Assembly (NCBI GenBank): GCA_016218805.1
Contig: JACRCW010000080.1
Location: 1 to 64,000 of the forward strand
Reading direction: 5' to 3'
DNA from: Deltaproteobacteria bacterium
GTDB lineage: Bacteria > Myxococcota > JACRCW01
DNA length: 64,000 bases
Every line of letters starts with the position of its first letter. The first letter of the stretch is position 1. This document shows, one piece after another, positions 1 to 10,078 of this stretch. The notes below the pieces were generated by a model. It did not search any database. It saw nothing but the letters and a program-made list of their open reading frames with translations, and was not told where the DNA came from. Both the position numbers and the translations under genes were made by a program.

Positions 1-100
1 GAAGGTGCTTTTCCCCAGTGGGAGCGGCGGCGCGGAGGCCCAACCCGGCGAAGTCCCCGGCACGCCCGGCGGTGCTGCGCCGGCGGGCGGCGAGGGCTGA
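1..100 (+). CDS. 3' end of a CDS entering from the left edge (partial, ...KVLFPSGSGG...GGEG*)
   Basis: Open frame from nt 2 to TGA at 98-100 with GC-rich third positions; convergent with rimK. Confidence 0.4.
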   Translation, partial: KVLFPSGSGGAEAQPGEVPGTPGGAAPAGGEG

Positions 101-154
101 GGGAAGGCAACCGTCCAGCGCAATAACCCGTCGCGTCCTCGGCGGGCCCGCCCC

Positions 155-1096
155 TCACGCGGCGGAGCGCCTTACCCCGCGCGCCGCACAGTGCCGCGCC
201 ACCAACCGGATGATGGCCCCCGCCACGTCGACACCGGTGGCGGATTCGATGCCGCGCAACCCCGGGCTGGCGTTCACCTCCAGCACCACGGGGCCGTCCG
301 CGCCGTGCATCAGGTCCACGCCGGCCACGCCCAGGCCCACCGCCCGCGCCGTGCGCTCCGCCATGGCGCGCAGCGCCGCGGTGAGCGGGACGCCGCACGT
401 CCGCGCGCCCTGGTGCACGTTGGCGCGGAAATCCCCGCGACGCGCGCGGCGCTCCATGGCGGCCACCGCGCGCCCGCCCACCACCAGCACGCGCGTATCC
501 ACGCCCGCCCCCTCGGCAATGAAGCGCTGCACCAGCACGTCCTCACCGGCCTCCGCCAGCGCGCCCACCTGCGCCTGCAGCTGCGCGGCGTCTGCGGCCA
601 GCATCACGCCCACGCCGTGGCTCCCCCGCACCGGCTTGACCACCACGGGAAACCCGCCCGCGGCCTCCACCGCCACGCCCAGCGGCATGCCGGGGCGCAC
701 CACCGCCGCGGCGGGAACCGGCAGGCCGGCCGCCACCAGCCGCTGCGCGCACCACAGTTTGTCCCGCGCCACCCACAGCGCGGCGGCGGGGTTGAGCGTG
801 GTGACGCCCATGGCTTCCAGCTGCTCCACCACCGCGGTGGACGTGCGGCCGGAGCGCGCTCCCAGCCGCGGCAGCACCACGGCGGGCGGGTGCAGGCGCC
901 CGCGCCCATCCGCCAGGAACGGGCCGGACGCGTCCCACCCGGGGACCACGCGCGTGGGGTCCACCACGCGCAGCGCCAGGCCCAGCGCGTCCGCGGCCTC
1001 GCACAGGCGGCGGGTGCTGTGCAGCCGGCGGCTGCGCGAAAGAATCCATGCGTCCGGTTCGCGGTCGTGGGAACGGGTCAACCGGGTGCGGGTCAC
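155..1096 (-). CDS. rimK: RimK-family ATP-grasp alpha-L-glutamate ligase
   Basis: SRRLHSTRRL N-terminus, ARDK, VVKPVRGSHGVGV, DFRANVHQG, LEVNASPG motifs. Confidence 0.85.
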   Translation of the reverse strand: MTRTRLTRSHDREPDAWILSRSRRLHSTRRLCEAADALGLALRVVDPTRVVPGWDASGPFLADGRGRLHPPAVVLPRLGARSGRTSTAVVEQLEAMGVTTLNPAAALWVARDKLWCAQRLVAAGLPVPAAAVVRPGMPLGVAVEAAGGFPVVVKPVRGSHGVGVMLAADAAQLQAQVGALAEAGEDVLVQRFIAEGAGVDTRVLVVGGRAVAAMERRARRGDFRANVHQGARTCGVPLTAALRAMAERTARAVGLGVAGVDLMHGADGPVVLEVNASPGLRGIESATGVDVAGAIIRLVARHCAARGVRRSAA

Positions 1097-1114
1097 GTCA
1101 GAAACGGCGGCGCG

Positions 1115-1726
1115 TCAGCCTTCGGCGCCGGCCTTCTGCCAGTCATCCACCTGGCCATCGCCGTCGCGGTCCACGCCAATGCGGTCCACCTTCCCGTCTT
1201 CGTAGTACTCCCAGTAATCAATCTTGCCGTCGCCGTTGACGTCGGCTTCCTTCTTGGTGATCTTGCCCTTCTCGTAATACTTGTAGAGGTCGGGCTTCTC
1301 GTCGAAGTTCAGGTCCACTTCCTTGCGCGCCACCTGGCTGTTCTCAAAGTAGTTGATCGAGTCCACCTTGCCGTCAAAGTCGTAGTCAACGCGCTCCTTG
1401 TACAGGTTGCCCTTCTCGTCAAAGAACTTCCACACGTCGGCCTTGCCGTCAAAGTTCAGGTCAAACTCCTTGCGGACGAGCAGCTCGGCGCCGTTCTGCA
1501 CCTTGAAGTACTTGAGCATGTCAGCGCGCGCGTCATGGTTGAGGTCAAAGCGGCGGATGAGCAGCCCCTCAATGGACATCTCCTGCTTGTCCTGCGCGCT
1601 GGGGCCCTTGGTTTCCTTGATGGTGACCTCGGCGGCGCGCTTGCCGTCATTGCGCGGTGACGCACAGCCCAACGCGGTTCCGGCCACCACCGCTGCCACC
1701 CACACCCAGGCACCCATGCCACGCAT
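1115..1726 (-). CDS. Lipoprotein with tandem Dx[DN]xDG (Ca2+-binding-like) repeats
   Basis: GGAGGA RBS before ATG 1726; lipobox ALGC; repeats DLNHDA, DLNFDG, DYDFDG, DLNFDE, DVNGDG, DRDGDG. Confidence 0.8.
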   Translation of the reverse strand: MRGMGAWVWVAAVVAGTALGCASPRNDGKRAAEVTIKETKGPSAQDKQEMSIEGLLIRRFDLNHDARADMLKYFKVQNGAELLVRKEFDLNFDGKADVWKFFDEKGNLYKERVDYDFDGKVDSINYFENSQVARKEVDLNFDEKPDLYKYYEKGKITKKEADVNGDGKIDYWEYYEDGKVDRIGVDRDGDGQVDDWQKAGAEG

Positions 1727-1788
1727 TGGATCCTCCATGAACGGGCCCCGTCCCCGCGGGGAGGGGTGACCATACACCAGCCGGCCGG

Positions 1789-2844
1789 TCACGCCACGAC
1801 CACGAGTCCCGGCGCCCCCTCTTCCACGCGGCCCACCACGCGCGCCGCGGCCGCGCCCGCCGCCGCAAGGGCCGCCACGCAGGCCTCCGCGCGCGCCGCG
1901 TCCACGCCAAACAGCAACCCCCCGGCCGTCTGGGGATCAAAGCACACCACGCGCAGATGCGGATCCAGCGTCCCTTCCACCACCAGGTGGGGCGCGCCGT
2001 CGGTCTCATTGTCCCGCAGCCCGCGGGACCGGATGCCGCGCTCGCTCAGGGCCAGCGCCAGCGGGAGGACCGGCAGGGCCGCCGCCGCCATGCGGATGCG
2101 GACGCCCGCGCCGCGCGCCATCTCCAGGGCGTGCCCCACCAGTCCAAACCCGGTGATGTCCGTGGCCCCGGTGGCACCAAACCGCACGGCGATGCGCGCG
2201 GCGTCCCGGTTGAGCGCCACCTGGGCGCGCAGGACCGTCTCCAGTTCCTCCGCGGTGCACGCGTCATTGCGGTAGCCGTTGATGATGAGGCCCAGGCCCA
2301 GGGCCTTGGTGAGCACCAGCGCCTGCCCCGCGCGCAGGCCGCCCTTGCGCAGGATGCGCGCCGGGTCCACCTGGCCCATCACGGACAGGCCCAGTTTCAA
2401 CTCCGCGTCCCTCACGGTGTGCCCGCCGACGATGGACGCGCCGGCAGCGGCCACGCGCTCCGCCGCGCCCTCCAGGATGCGCGACTTCACGTCGGGAGGG
2501 ACCACGTCGTCTTCGGGGAAGAAGCACAGGTTGAGCGCGGCCACCGGTTCGCCGCCCATGGCGTACACGTCGGACATCGCGTTGGTGGCGGCCAGTTGGC
2601 CAAACAGGAACGGGTCATCACACGGAGGGGTGATGACGTCCGCGGTCAGCACCAGCGCGGGTCCGGGCCCCACGGCAATCACCGCAGCATCATCCGGGGC
2701 GGCCAGGCCCACCAGGACACGGGGATCCCAGGCCCCGCCCGGAAGCGAGGCATGCCCAAGGATTTCGCGCAGGCCGCCCGGGCCCACCTTGGCGGCTCAA
2801 CCGCCGCTGGATGCACAGGCGGTCAGCTTCACGTGCGCTGCCAT
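1789..2844 (-). CDS. selD: Selenide, water dikinase SelD, selenocysteine-containing (in-frame UGA at 2797-2799)
   Basis: MAAHVKLTACASSGG-UGA-AAKVGPGGL matches the SelD GU/CxxK N-terminal motif; DDAAV, NAMSDVYAMGG, GGHT, TDITGFGLVGH, DPQTAGGLL. Confidence 0.93.
2769..2787 (-). promoter_or_regulatory. Candidate bacterial SECIS hairpin downstream of the selD UGA
   Basis: mRNA GUGGGCC-CGGGC-GGCCUGC: 7-bp stem with G-rich loop starting 10 nt after the UGA. Confidence 0.55.
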
Positions 2845-2857
2845 GTTCTCCTTGTGC

Positions 2858-4771
2858 TCACGGCCATGGGCGGCCGTGGCGGGGGTGGTCCAGCGAATAC
2901 GCGGCCAGCTCGCGCGGCTCCTGCAGGCCGGAGAGGCAGCGGTGCGCGCAGCTGCCGCGGCAGGCGCGCGTGAGCAACTCCGTCCACGCGCGCACCCACG
3001 CGTCGCCCAGGTCACGGCGTTGCCGGGAGGGGAGGCTCTCCGCGTGCTTGCGGATGGCCACCTTGGCGGCCTCCTGCAGGCGTGATTCCTCGGTCGTCCC
3101 CTCGGTCACCTCCGCCACCGCGCGCGCCGCCAGGCTGCCCGCGTCCGCGTGCAACAGCGTGGTGCGGTCCTCATCCAGGCCGTCCAGCGCGCGTGGCGTG
3201 ACCCGCGCGGCGTCCAGCGCCGCCGCCGCCAGGTCCAGGGCCAGCACGTGTACGCCCTTGGGCACCGACGGCAGGATTTCGCCGCGAAGCTCATCCCGCG
3301 CGCTGGGCGGCGGCGTCACCGGTGCCCCGGGTGCATCCTCCACGCCCACCGTCTTGCGCAGCAGCGCCGCGTACACCGCGGCGGCCTCCGCCGGGGTATC
3401 CAACGCGCGCAGCAACCCCGCCAGGGCGGGCGCCGCCTCGTCGTGGCGCGCGTGCGCGGCCGCCGCCGCGTGCGCCAAGGCGGCCCGCAGGCGCGCCACC
3501 GTGGTCTTCCTGCCCGCCACGTCCTTGCACGCCTGCGCCACCGTGGCGTCCTTGGGCCGGCCGCGCGCGCGCATCTCCTTGGCCAGCTCCTTGCGCACGC
3601 CCTCGGACAGGTCCGTGCCTTCCAGTTCCACCGCCAGCACCAGCGGATGGAACAGCACCGCCGGCTCAAACGGCGCGGGCGCCGCGGACGACGTCATCGC
3701 CGCGGATTCCTGGATCCCCGCCGCCAGCGCCACGCTTTCAATCGCGTCGCGCAGACCGGGCACCGCCTTGCCCTTGAGGGGGGCCTCCGCATTCCACAGC
3801 CATTCCAGCGCCTGCCGGCACAGCGCCACGCCCGTGGCCGGCGGCACGTCAACCAGGCCGCCGTGGGACGCCGCGTGCAGGGCCGCCCACTGGTGCAGGT
3901 TCTCCACCGCGGAGCCCTCCGCCTGCTTCCAGTGGCCCTCCGTCATGCCCGGCCAGGCCACCGCCGCCACCCCGCGTGACCGCGCACCGGACACGGACAG
4001 CACCACCACCACCGCGCCGCGCGCGTCCGCGCCGCTCACCGCGGCGTGCGCCGCCACGCCCCCCGCAGCGTCCCGGTGCCTGCCCAGGGCCGCCACGCAC
4101 GCGTCATGCAGCGGGCCGGGAAGCAGCGCATGCTCCGCGGACTCCAGGATGGGCACCGCCGCCTGGGCGGGCGTTTCCAGAGCGCGCGTTGCGGCGCCAC
4201 GGAAGGGCGGGCGGGTGAGCGGGTGGATGAGCAGCTCCGCCCACACCTGTGCCTCCGGCACGTACAGCCGCCCGGCCAGCGCAGCCACCGCGGCCGGCGC
4301 TCCGTCGTCGGGCAGCGGGGGGTCGGAGACCAGGGATTCGGCGGCCACCCGCGCGCGCTGCCATGGCTGGGGAATGGTGGCCACGTGGCGCGCCACGTCC
4401 TCCACAAACAGCGGCAGTGCGTCCGCCGCGGGCACCGGCACCTCCGCCTCGTCATCCTTGAGGCGGCCGTGGGCCACGCCGTTCTGGAACAGTGCGCGCA
4501 GCCATGCCCGCGGCCGCGCGGGCGCATCCGACGCCACCCGTGCCGCCACCCAGCCGCGGTCCGCGGCGGTGAGCACGTTCTCCAGCACGTAGGCCGCGTC
4601 TGAGGCGCGGTCCCGGTTGGCATCCGCCAGCCGCGTCCACAGCACATCCAGGGCGGTCTCCCGTGGCGCGCCCAGCCTTTCAAACAGGAAGCGCACCTGC
4701 GCGCCGCCAACCATCGGCGCGACGATCAGGCGCTCCAGGCCGCCCTTCCATGGTTCGACGGTCGTCGTCAC
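2858..4771 (-). CDS. Hypothetical protein (637 aa), likely co-transcribed with selD
   Basis: Long ORF with normal composition ending 13 nt upstream of the selD start; no motif recognised. Confidence 0.7.
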   Translation of the reverse strand: MTTTVEPWKGGLERLIVAPMVGGAQVRFLFERLGAPRETALDVLWTRLADANRDRASDAAYVLENVLTAADRGWVAARVASDAPARPRAWLRALFQNGVAHGRLKDDEAEVPVPAADALPLFVEDVARHVATIPQPWQRARVAAESLVSDPPLPDDGAPAAVAALAGRLYVPEAQVWAELLIHPLTRPPFRGAATRALETPAQAAVPILESAEHALLPGPLHDACVAALGRHRDAAGGVAAHAAVSGADARGAVVVVLSVSGARSRGVAAVAWPGMTEGHWKQAEGSAVENLHQWAALHAASHGGLVDVPPATGVALCRQALEWLWNAEAPLKGKAVPGLRDAIESVALAAGIQESAAMTSSAAPAPFEPAVLFHPLVLAVELEGTDLSEGVRKELAKEMRARGRPKDATVAQACKDVAGRKTTVARLRAALAHAAAAAHARHDEAAPALAGLLRALDTPAEAAAVYAALLRKTVGVEDAPGAPVTPPPSARDELRGEILPSVPKGVHVLALDLAAAALDAARVTPRALDGLDEDRTTLLHADAGSLAARAVAEVTEGTTEESRLQEAAKVAIRKHAESLPSRQRRDLGDAWVRAWTELLTRACRGSCAHRCLSGLQEPRELAAYSLDHPRHGRPWP

Positions 4772-4843
4772 GGGGGCGCTGCTGTACGGCGCGGGGCAGC
4801 CGCGCGCAAGGCGCCGCGGCGGTCGGTCTGTTACACCGTGGCC

Positions 4844-5188
4844 ATGCTCAAGGATGCACTGCTGCCCGTGGCCCTCGGGGCCGTCCTGCTCGGCTGTCCG
4901 CCGCCGCCCACGCTGGATGATCCCACGCCCGGCGCGCCGGACTGCGGCACGCTGGACCCCAACGTGGTGCTCCCCCCGCGGCTGTGTCCCGCGCAGCGCA
5001 CCGTCGTGCGGGATGAGGGCAAGCCGGAGTTCGTCCGGCCCCGTCCCGGCGGCGGACTCATCTGGGTGTACCGGTTTGCATCCGGGGACGTGTTTGGCCA
5101 GCGTGAGGGCTTCCGTTTCTACGATTGGAGCCCGGAAGGCCGCCTGCTGGACCGGCGCGAAGAGTTCACCCAGCGGGCAGAACGCTGA
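4844..5188 (+). CDS. Small hypothetical lipoprotein
   Basis: Signal peptide with lipobox LLGC. Confidence 0.65.
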   Translation: MLKDALLPVALGAVLLGCPPPPTLDDPTPGAPDCGTLDPNVVLPPRLCPAQRTVVRDEGKPEFVRPRPGGGLIWVYRFASGDVFGQREGFRFYDWSPEGRLLDRREEFTQRAER

Positions 5189-5227
5189 CGCGTGCGCCCG
5201 TGGTACGGTCCACGGCGCGGAGGCTCC

Positions 5228-6730
5228 ATGAGACGGTCGCGGTGGGCGGGTTGCCTGCTGGCGTGGGCGGTGGCCGGTTGCCCCTCGGAGACCGCGCCGG
5301 TCGCCGCGGATGGCGAAGGCGCATTTGGCACGGGCTCCTCCAGCCGCGGCGCGCTGGCGGGGTCCTCCACCAGCCGGGCTGAGGGGTCGTCCGCACCGGC
5401 CACCTCGGGCGCCGCGTCCTCCACGGATGCCTCGGCCGCCACCAGCACGGCGCCGGTCTCCTCCGGCCCGGTGCCCTCCAGCAGCCTCCCCCTCCCCTCC
5501 TCCGCGTACTCCTTCTCCTCCTCCAGCCGGCCGGCCTCCTCGTCGTCCCAGGCGCGCAGTTCCAGCCGCCCCGCGGGCAGCAGCAGTGCCGCCGTTCCCT
5601 CGTCGTCATCGCGGGCGGTCTCGTCATCCGCGGCGCCGCCCTCCAGCAGCGGCCCGCTGTGCGGCAACGGCCAGGTGGACCCCGGGGCGGGTGAGGTGTG
5701 TGACACGGCCATCCCCACCGGTGCGGGCGCATGCCCGTCGGCGTGCGCAGATTCGGACCCCTGCACCACGGACCAGCTGGACGGCGCCGGGACGTGCGCG
5801 GCGGTGTGTCGCTTCCTCCCGGTGGGTGCGGGACCACTGGACGCGTGCTGCCCGGGCGGGGCCAACGCCAACACGGACCTGGACTGCGCGCCGGTGTGCC
5901 CCAACAACCTGGTGGAGCCGGGCGAGCAGTGCGACGACGGCAACTACGATCCCACCGACGGTTGCGACGCCTGCCTGCTGACCCAGCCACCGCCCGGCAC
6001 CGCGTTCCGCTTCACGTCGCTGGCGCTGCGGGATCCCCACATCCTGGTCTCGGTGGGCGTGTGCTTTGACGCCACGGATGACGTGCCCTTTGGCCTGGGC
6101 GCCTCGCTCAACAGCCTCATTGACGCGTCGGTGACGCAGGATCAGAACGGGGACGGCTTCTTTGATTGGTCACCCACGCTGGTGTTCCTCCCGCTGGACG
6201 CCACCGGCCCGGCCACCGCGCTGGAGTTCCACACCGCCATCTGCGCCGCGGATGGGTCTTCCTGCAGCCCCTCCGGGGCCACGCCGCTGCCGTCCTCCGC
6301 CGTCAACGGCGCCACCACCTGCCTGGCGCCCACCACCGGCACCACGCACCCGTATCAACCGCCGGTGGATACCAGCGCTCCGGCGTGCTTCTCCGCCGCG
6401 CTGGGAAACCTGACGCTGGACCTGGGCGGGCTCCCGCTGGCGCTGCAGGACGCGCGCGTGGCGGCCACCTACGTGGGCGCCCCGCCGGACAACCTGACGC
6501 ACGGGCTGCTGCTGGGCTTCCTGCCCGAGTCCACCGCCGACGCCCTCCTGGTCCCGCAGGGCCTGCCGCTCGTCGGGGGACAGCGGTTGAGTTCGCTGCT
6601 GCCGGGGGGCAATCCGCCGGGGCCGGGCCGCAACTGCGCCACCTGGTCAGACGTGGACAACCGCGGCACCACGCGCGGCTGGTGGTTCTATTTCAACTTC
6701 ACGGCGGTGCAGGTCCCGTGGAGCGGGTAG
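5228..6730 (+). CDS. Lipoprotein with Ser-rich linker and Myxococcus-type Cys-rich repeats (DUF4215-like)
   Basis: GGAGG RBS, lipobox VAGC, long Ser/Ala linker, CGNGQVDPGAGEVCD and GEQCDDGN...DGCDAC motifs. Confidence 0.8.
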   Translation: MRRSRWAGCLLAWAVAGCPSETAPVAADGEGAFGTGSSSRGALAGSSTSRAEGSSAPATSGAASSTDASAATSTAPVSSGPVPSSSLPLPSSAYSFSSSSRPASSSSQARSSSRPAGSSSAAVPSSSSRAVSSSAAPPSSSGPLCGNGQVDPGAGEVCDTAIPTGAGACPSACADSDPCTTDQLDGAGTCAAVCRFLPVGAGPLDACCPGGANANTDLDCAPVCPNNLVEPGEQCDDGNYDPTDGCDACLLTQPPPGTAFRFTSLALRDPHILVSVGVCFDATDDVPFGLGASLNSLIDASVTQDQNGDGFFDWSPTLVFLPLDATGPATALEFHTAICAADGSSCSPSGATPLPSSAVNGATTCLAPTTGTTHPYQPPVDTSAPACFSAALGNLTLDLGGLPLALQDARVAATYVGAPPDNLTHGLLLGFLPESTADALLVPQGLPLVGGQRLSSLLPGGNPPGPGRNCATWSDVDNRGTTRGWWFYFNFTAVQVPWSG

Positions 6731-6816
6731 ACGGGGCTGGTGGTGGGTGGACGTGGGTCCGCGGCACCCACCCGCCGTCCATGTAGCCCGTGAAATTCGT
6801 AACGTGAGTTGCCACT

Positions 6817-8619
6817 ATGTGCGCCATGCGGTTTGAACAAGCGCAGAAGCACCCGCGCTACCGAACGGACGTACCGGTGGCCCTGCTGCTGCCGGATGGA
6901 CGCAGCGTGGAAGGGCCGGCCGAGAACATCTCCAGCGGTGGCGTGTTTGTGCGCACGCCGTACCTGCTCTCGCCCGGGACGCGGATGTACCTGGAGTTGA
7001 AGCAGCCGGCGCCGGGGCTGGTGCTGCCGGCCAGCGTGGTCCACGTGATGGACCCGGAGAAGGCGCGCACCCGCAACCACCCCACCGGCATGGGCCTGCG
7101 CTTTGAGTCCGTGGACGAGCAGGCCGCCTGGCAGCTGCAGCGCTACCTGTTCTACCTGTTCCGCGGTGGGCAGCGGATCACCGTCCCCACGCACCTCACC
7201 CCGGCCGGGCCCGGCGAGTGGGCCCCGGGCGGGCGCATTGGCCGGTGCGTGCTGCTGCACAAGCTGGGACAGGGCGGCATGGCGGAGGTGTGGCTGGCCC
7301 GCCGCGAAGGCTTTGACAAGACGATGGTGCTCAAGACCATCAGCGCCCGGTTCCGGGGTGACGCGGCCATGGCCCAGCTGTTCCTCGACGAGGCGCGGCT
7401 GGCCGCCGGGCTCAACCATCCGGCCATCGTGCAGACGTTCGACATGGGGGAGCACGAGGGCATCCCCTACCTGCTGATGGAGCACCTGGACGGCCGTTCG
7501 GTGGCGCAGGTGCAGGAGGCGGCCGCGGCACGGCAGGAGCCGGTGCCGGTGGCCCTGGCGGTGCGGGTGGCCAGCGAATGCTGCGCGGCCCTGGAGCACG
7601 CGCACGCCGCGGGGATTGTCCACCGCGACGTCACGCCGGAAAACCTGTTCATCACGTATGCGGGACACGTCAAGCTGCTGGACTTTGGCATCGCGCGCGC
7701 GGCGCAGAGCGTCCACCACACGCTGCCCGGCGTCATCCGCGGCAAGCTGCACTACCTGTCGCCGGAGCAGGTTAGGGCCGAGGAGCTGGACGGGCGCACG
7801 GACCTGTGGGCGGTGGGGGTGAACCTGTACAAGCTGGTGACCGGCACCTTCCCGTTCACCGGCCGCGGTGAGTTGGAGACGTTCTGGGCCATTGTGGACA
7901 AGGAGCCCCCGGCCCCCCGCGCGCTGCGTCCTGACGTTCCCGACGCGCTGCAGGACATCATCCGCCGGGCGCTGGCCAAGCAGGCGGATTGCCGGTTCCA
8001 ATCCGCGGGCGAGATGCGCGCGGCCCTGGAGTCCTGCCTGGAAGACCCGGCGGGCACCTTCCAGCTGGCTGCCACCATGGAGTCACTGTTCCCGGCTCAG
8101 AGCGACCCGCAGCGCATGCGCGTGGCGACGTTTGTGCCCACCTCCACGCCACCCGCCATGGACGCGTCCTTCCTGGCCGCCTCCGCAGCCCTGCGGGCGG
8201 CCAGACCCGACGCCACGCCGCCGGCAATCACCGCGCACCCCACTCTTTCCCGTCTTGGATTGGCCGGGCTGGCGCTGGCGCTGGCCGCTGCGGGGTCTGC
8301 CGCGGCGCTGTATGTGGCCCGCCCGGCGGTGCCGCCAACCGCCGCGCCGCCGGTGGCAGCGGAGCCCGCCCCGGTTCCGGTTCCGCCCGCCACCACCGGC
8401 TTCCTGCGGGTGGACAGCAACATGGAGGGGCTGGTGTCCGTGGACGGGCGCGGTGCGCGGGTGACGCCCGCGCTGTTTGTGGACCTGGCGCCCGGCGAAC
8501 ACCTGGTGAGGCTGGACACCCCGCAGGGACGGTCCCGCACCACGGTGGTGCGCGTGGACGCGGGGGCCACGGCGCAGGTCACGTTGCGCTTCCCGGACCG
8601 GGTGCTGGATTCCCACTGA
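6817..8619 (+). CDS. Ser/Thr protein kinase: PilZ-like N-domain, kinase, TM helix, PEGA domain
   Basis: NISSGG PilZ motif; GQGGMAEV, HRDVTPEN, DFG, YLSPE; TM segment; C-terminal VSVDG...LAPGEH PEGA-like; start could be 6826. Confidence 0.9.
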   Translation: MCAMRFEQAQKHPRYRTDVPVALLLPDGRSVEGPAENISSGGVFVRTPYLLSPGTRMYLELKQPAPGLVLPASVVHVMDPEKARTRNHPTGMGLRFESVDEQAAWQLQRYLFYLFRGGQRITVPTHLTPAGPGEWAPGGRIGRCVLLHKLGQGGMAEVWLARREGFDKTMVLKTISARFRGDAAMAQLFLDEARLAAGLNHPAIVQTFDMGEHEGIPYLLMEHLDGRSVAQVQEAAAARQEPVPVALAVRVASECCAALEHAHAAGIVHRDVTPENLFITYAGHVKLLDFGIARAAQSVHHTLPGVIRGKLHYLSPEQVRAEELDGRTDLWAVGVNLYKLVTGTFPFTGRGELETFWAIVDKEPPAPRALRPDVPDALQDIIRRALAKQADCRFQSAGEMRAALESCLEDPAGTFQLAATMESLFPAQSDPQRMRVATFVPTSTPPAMDASFLAASAALRAARPDATPPAITAHPTLSRLGLAGLALALAAAGSAAALYVARPAVPPTAAPPVAAEPAPVPVPPATTGFLRVDSNMEGLVSVDGRGARVTPALFVDLAPGEHLVRLDTPQGRSRTTVVRVDAGATAQVTLRFPDRVLDSH

Positions 8620-8724
8620 CCAGCGGTCCGCCCCGAGAACCCACGCTTCCCATGCACGGGGCCGCCTGCTAGTTGCGCGCCGCCGTGGCCTCGTACGTGG
8701 GCCGGGACCTGGAGGCGTGACGCC

Positions 8725-10029
8725 ATGCAGATTGCCATCATTGGAACGGGGTACGTGGGGCTGGTCACCGGGGCGGGGCTGGCGGAGACCGGCAACCACG
8801 TCACGTGCATTGACCGCGACGACGCCAAGATCCGGATGCTGCTGGAGGGAAAGATCCCGTTCTTTGAGCCCGGCCTGGACGACTTGGTGCTGCGCAACGT
8901 GAAGGCGGGAAGGCTGTCGTTCGCCCGGAGCGTGGCGGAGGGCGTCAAGGATGCGGCCGTGGTGTTCCTGGCCGTGGGTACGCCGTCACAGTCTGACGGC
9001 AGCGCGGACCTCAGCCAGGTGCTGGACGCCGTGGCCGAGGTGGGCAAGGCCATCAAGGACTACACGGTGGTGGTCACCAAGAGCACCGTGCCGGTGGGGA
9101 CGGCGGACAAAGTGCGCGCCCGCTTGGCGGAATCCACCAAGGTGCCCTTTGCGGTGGCGTCCAACCCGGAGTTCCTCAAGGAGGGCGACGCGGTCAACGA
9201 CTTCCTCAAACCGGACCGCATTGTCGTGGGCACGGACGACGAGCGCGCGCGCAAGGTGCTGGAGGACCTGTACAGCCCGTTCATCATCCGCGAGCACCGC
9301 GTGCTGTTCATGGACGTGCGCTCGGCGGAGATGACCAAGTACGCGGCCAACGCCATGCTGGCCACCAAGATCAGCTTCATCAACGAGATCGCCAACCTGT
9401 GCGAAAAGGTTGGCGCTGACGTGGAGCTGGTGCGCAAGGGGATTGGGGCGGACGCGCGCATTGGCACGGCATTCATCTATCCGGGACTGGGCTACGGCGG
9501 GTCCTGCTTTCCCAAGGACGTCAAAGCCCTGGTTTCCACCGGCCGCGAATACGGCCAGGTGCTCTCCATCCTGGAGGCCGTGGAGAGCGTGAACCAGAAG
9601 CAGCGGGGGAGATTCCTGGAGCGGATTCTCAACCATTTTGGCGGCAAGACCGCGGGCAAGACGGTGGCCGTGTGGGGGCTGTCCTTCAAGCCGCGCACGG
9701 ATGACCTGCGCGAAGCGCCGGCGCTGACGCTGATTGATGGGTTTCTTTCGGCCGGCTTGAAGGTGCGCGCCTATGACCCGGTGGGCATGGACGGCGCCCG
9801 GCCGCGCTTCCAGGGCAAGGACGTGGTGCTGACGGCGGACGCGCTGGAGGCCACGCGCGGCGCACACGCGCTGGTGCTGTGCACGGAATGGAGCGAATTC
9901 CGCCAGCCGGACTGGGACGTGGTCAAGCAGAATCTGGCGGCCCCCGTGGTGTTTGACGGACGCAACGTCTACGACCCCGTCCGCATGCGCGCGCTGGGCT
10001 TCACGTACACGGGCGTGGGCCGCCGCTGA
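8725..10029 (+). CDS. ugd: UDP-glucose/GDP-mannose 6-dehydrogenase
   Basis: GTGYVG, KSTVPVGT, SNPEFLKEG, GYGGSCFPKD. Confidence 0.95.
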   Translation: MQIAIIGTGYVGLVTGAGLAETGNHVTCIDRDDAKIRMLLEGKIPFFEPGLDDLVLRNVKAGRLSFARSVAEGVKDAAVVFLAVGTPSQSDGSADLSQVLDAVAEVGKAIKDYTVVVTKSTVPVGTADKVRARLAESTKVPFAVASNPEFLKEGDAVNDFLKPDRIVVGTDDERARKVLEDLYSPFIIREHRVLFMDVRSAEMTKYAANAMLATKISFINEIANLCEKVGADVELVRKGIGADARIGTAFIYPGLGYGGSCFPKDVKALVSTGREYGQVLSILEAVESVNQKQRGRFLERILNHFGGKTAGKTVAVWGLSFKPRTDDLREAPALTLIDGFLSAGLKVRAYDPVGMDGARPRFQGKDVVLTADALEATRGAHALVLCTEWSEFRQPDWDVVKQNLAAPVVFDGRNVYDPVRMRALGFTYTGVGRR

Positions 10030-10078
10030 GGCGGACGGGGCACTTGCCCCGGCGCGCCGCGCGCGCGATGACGGCCCC

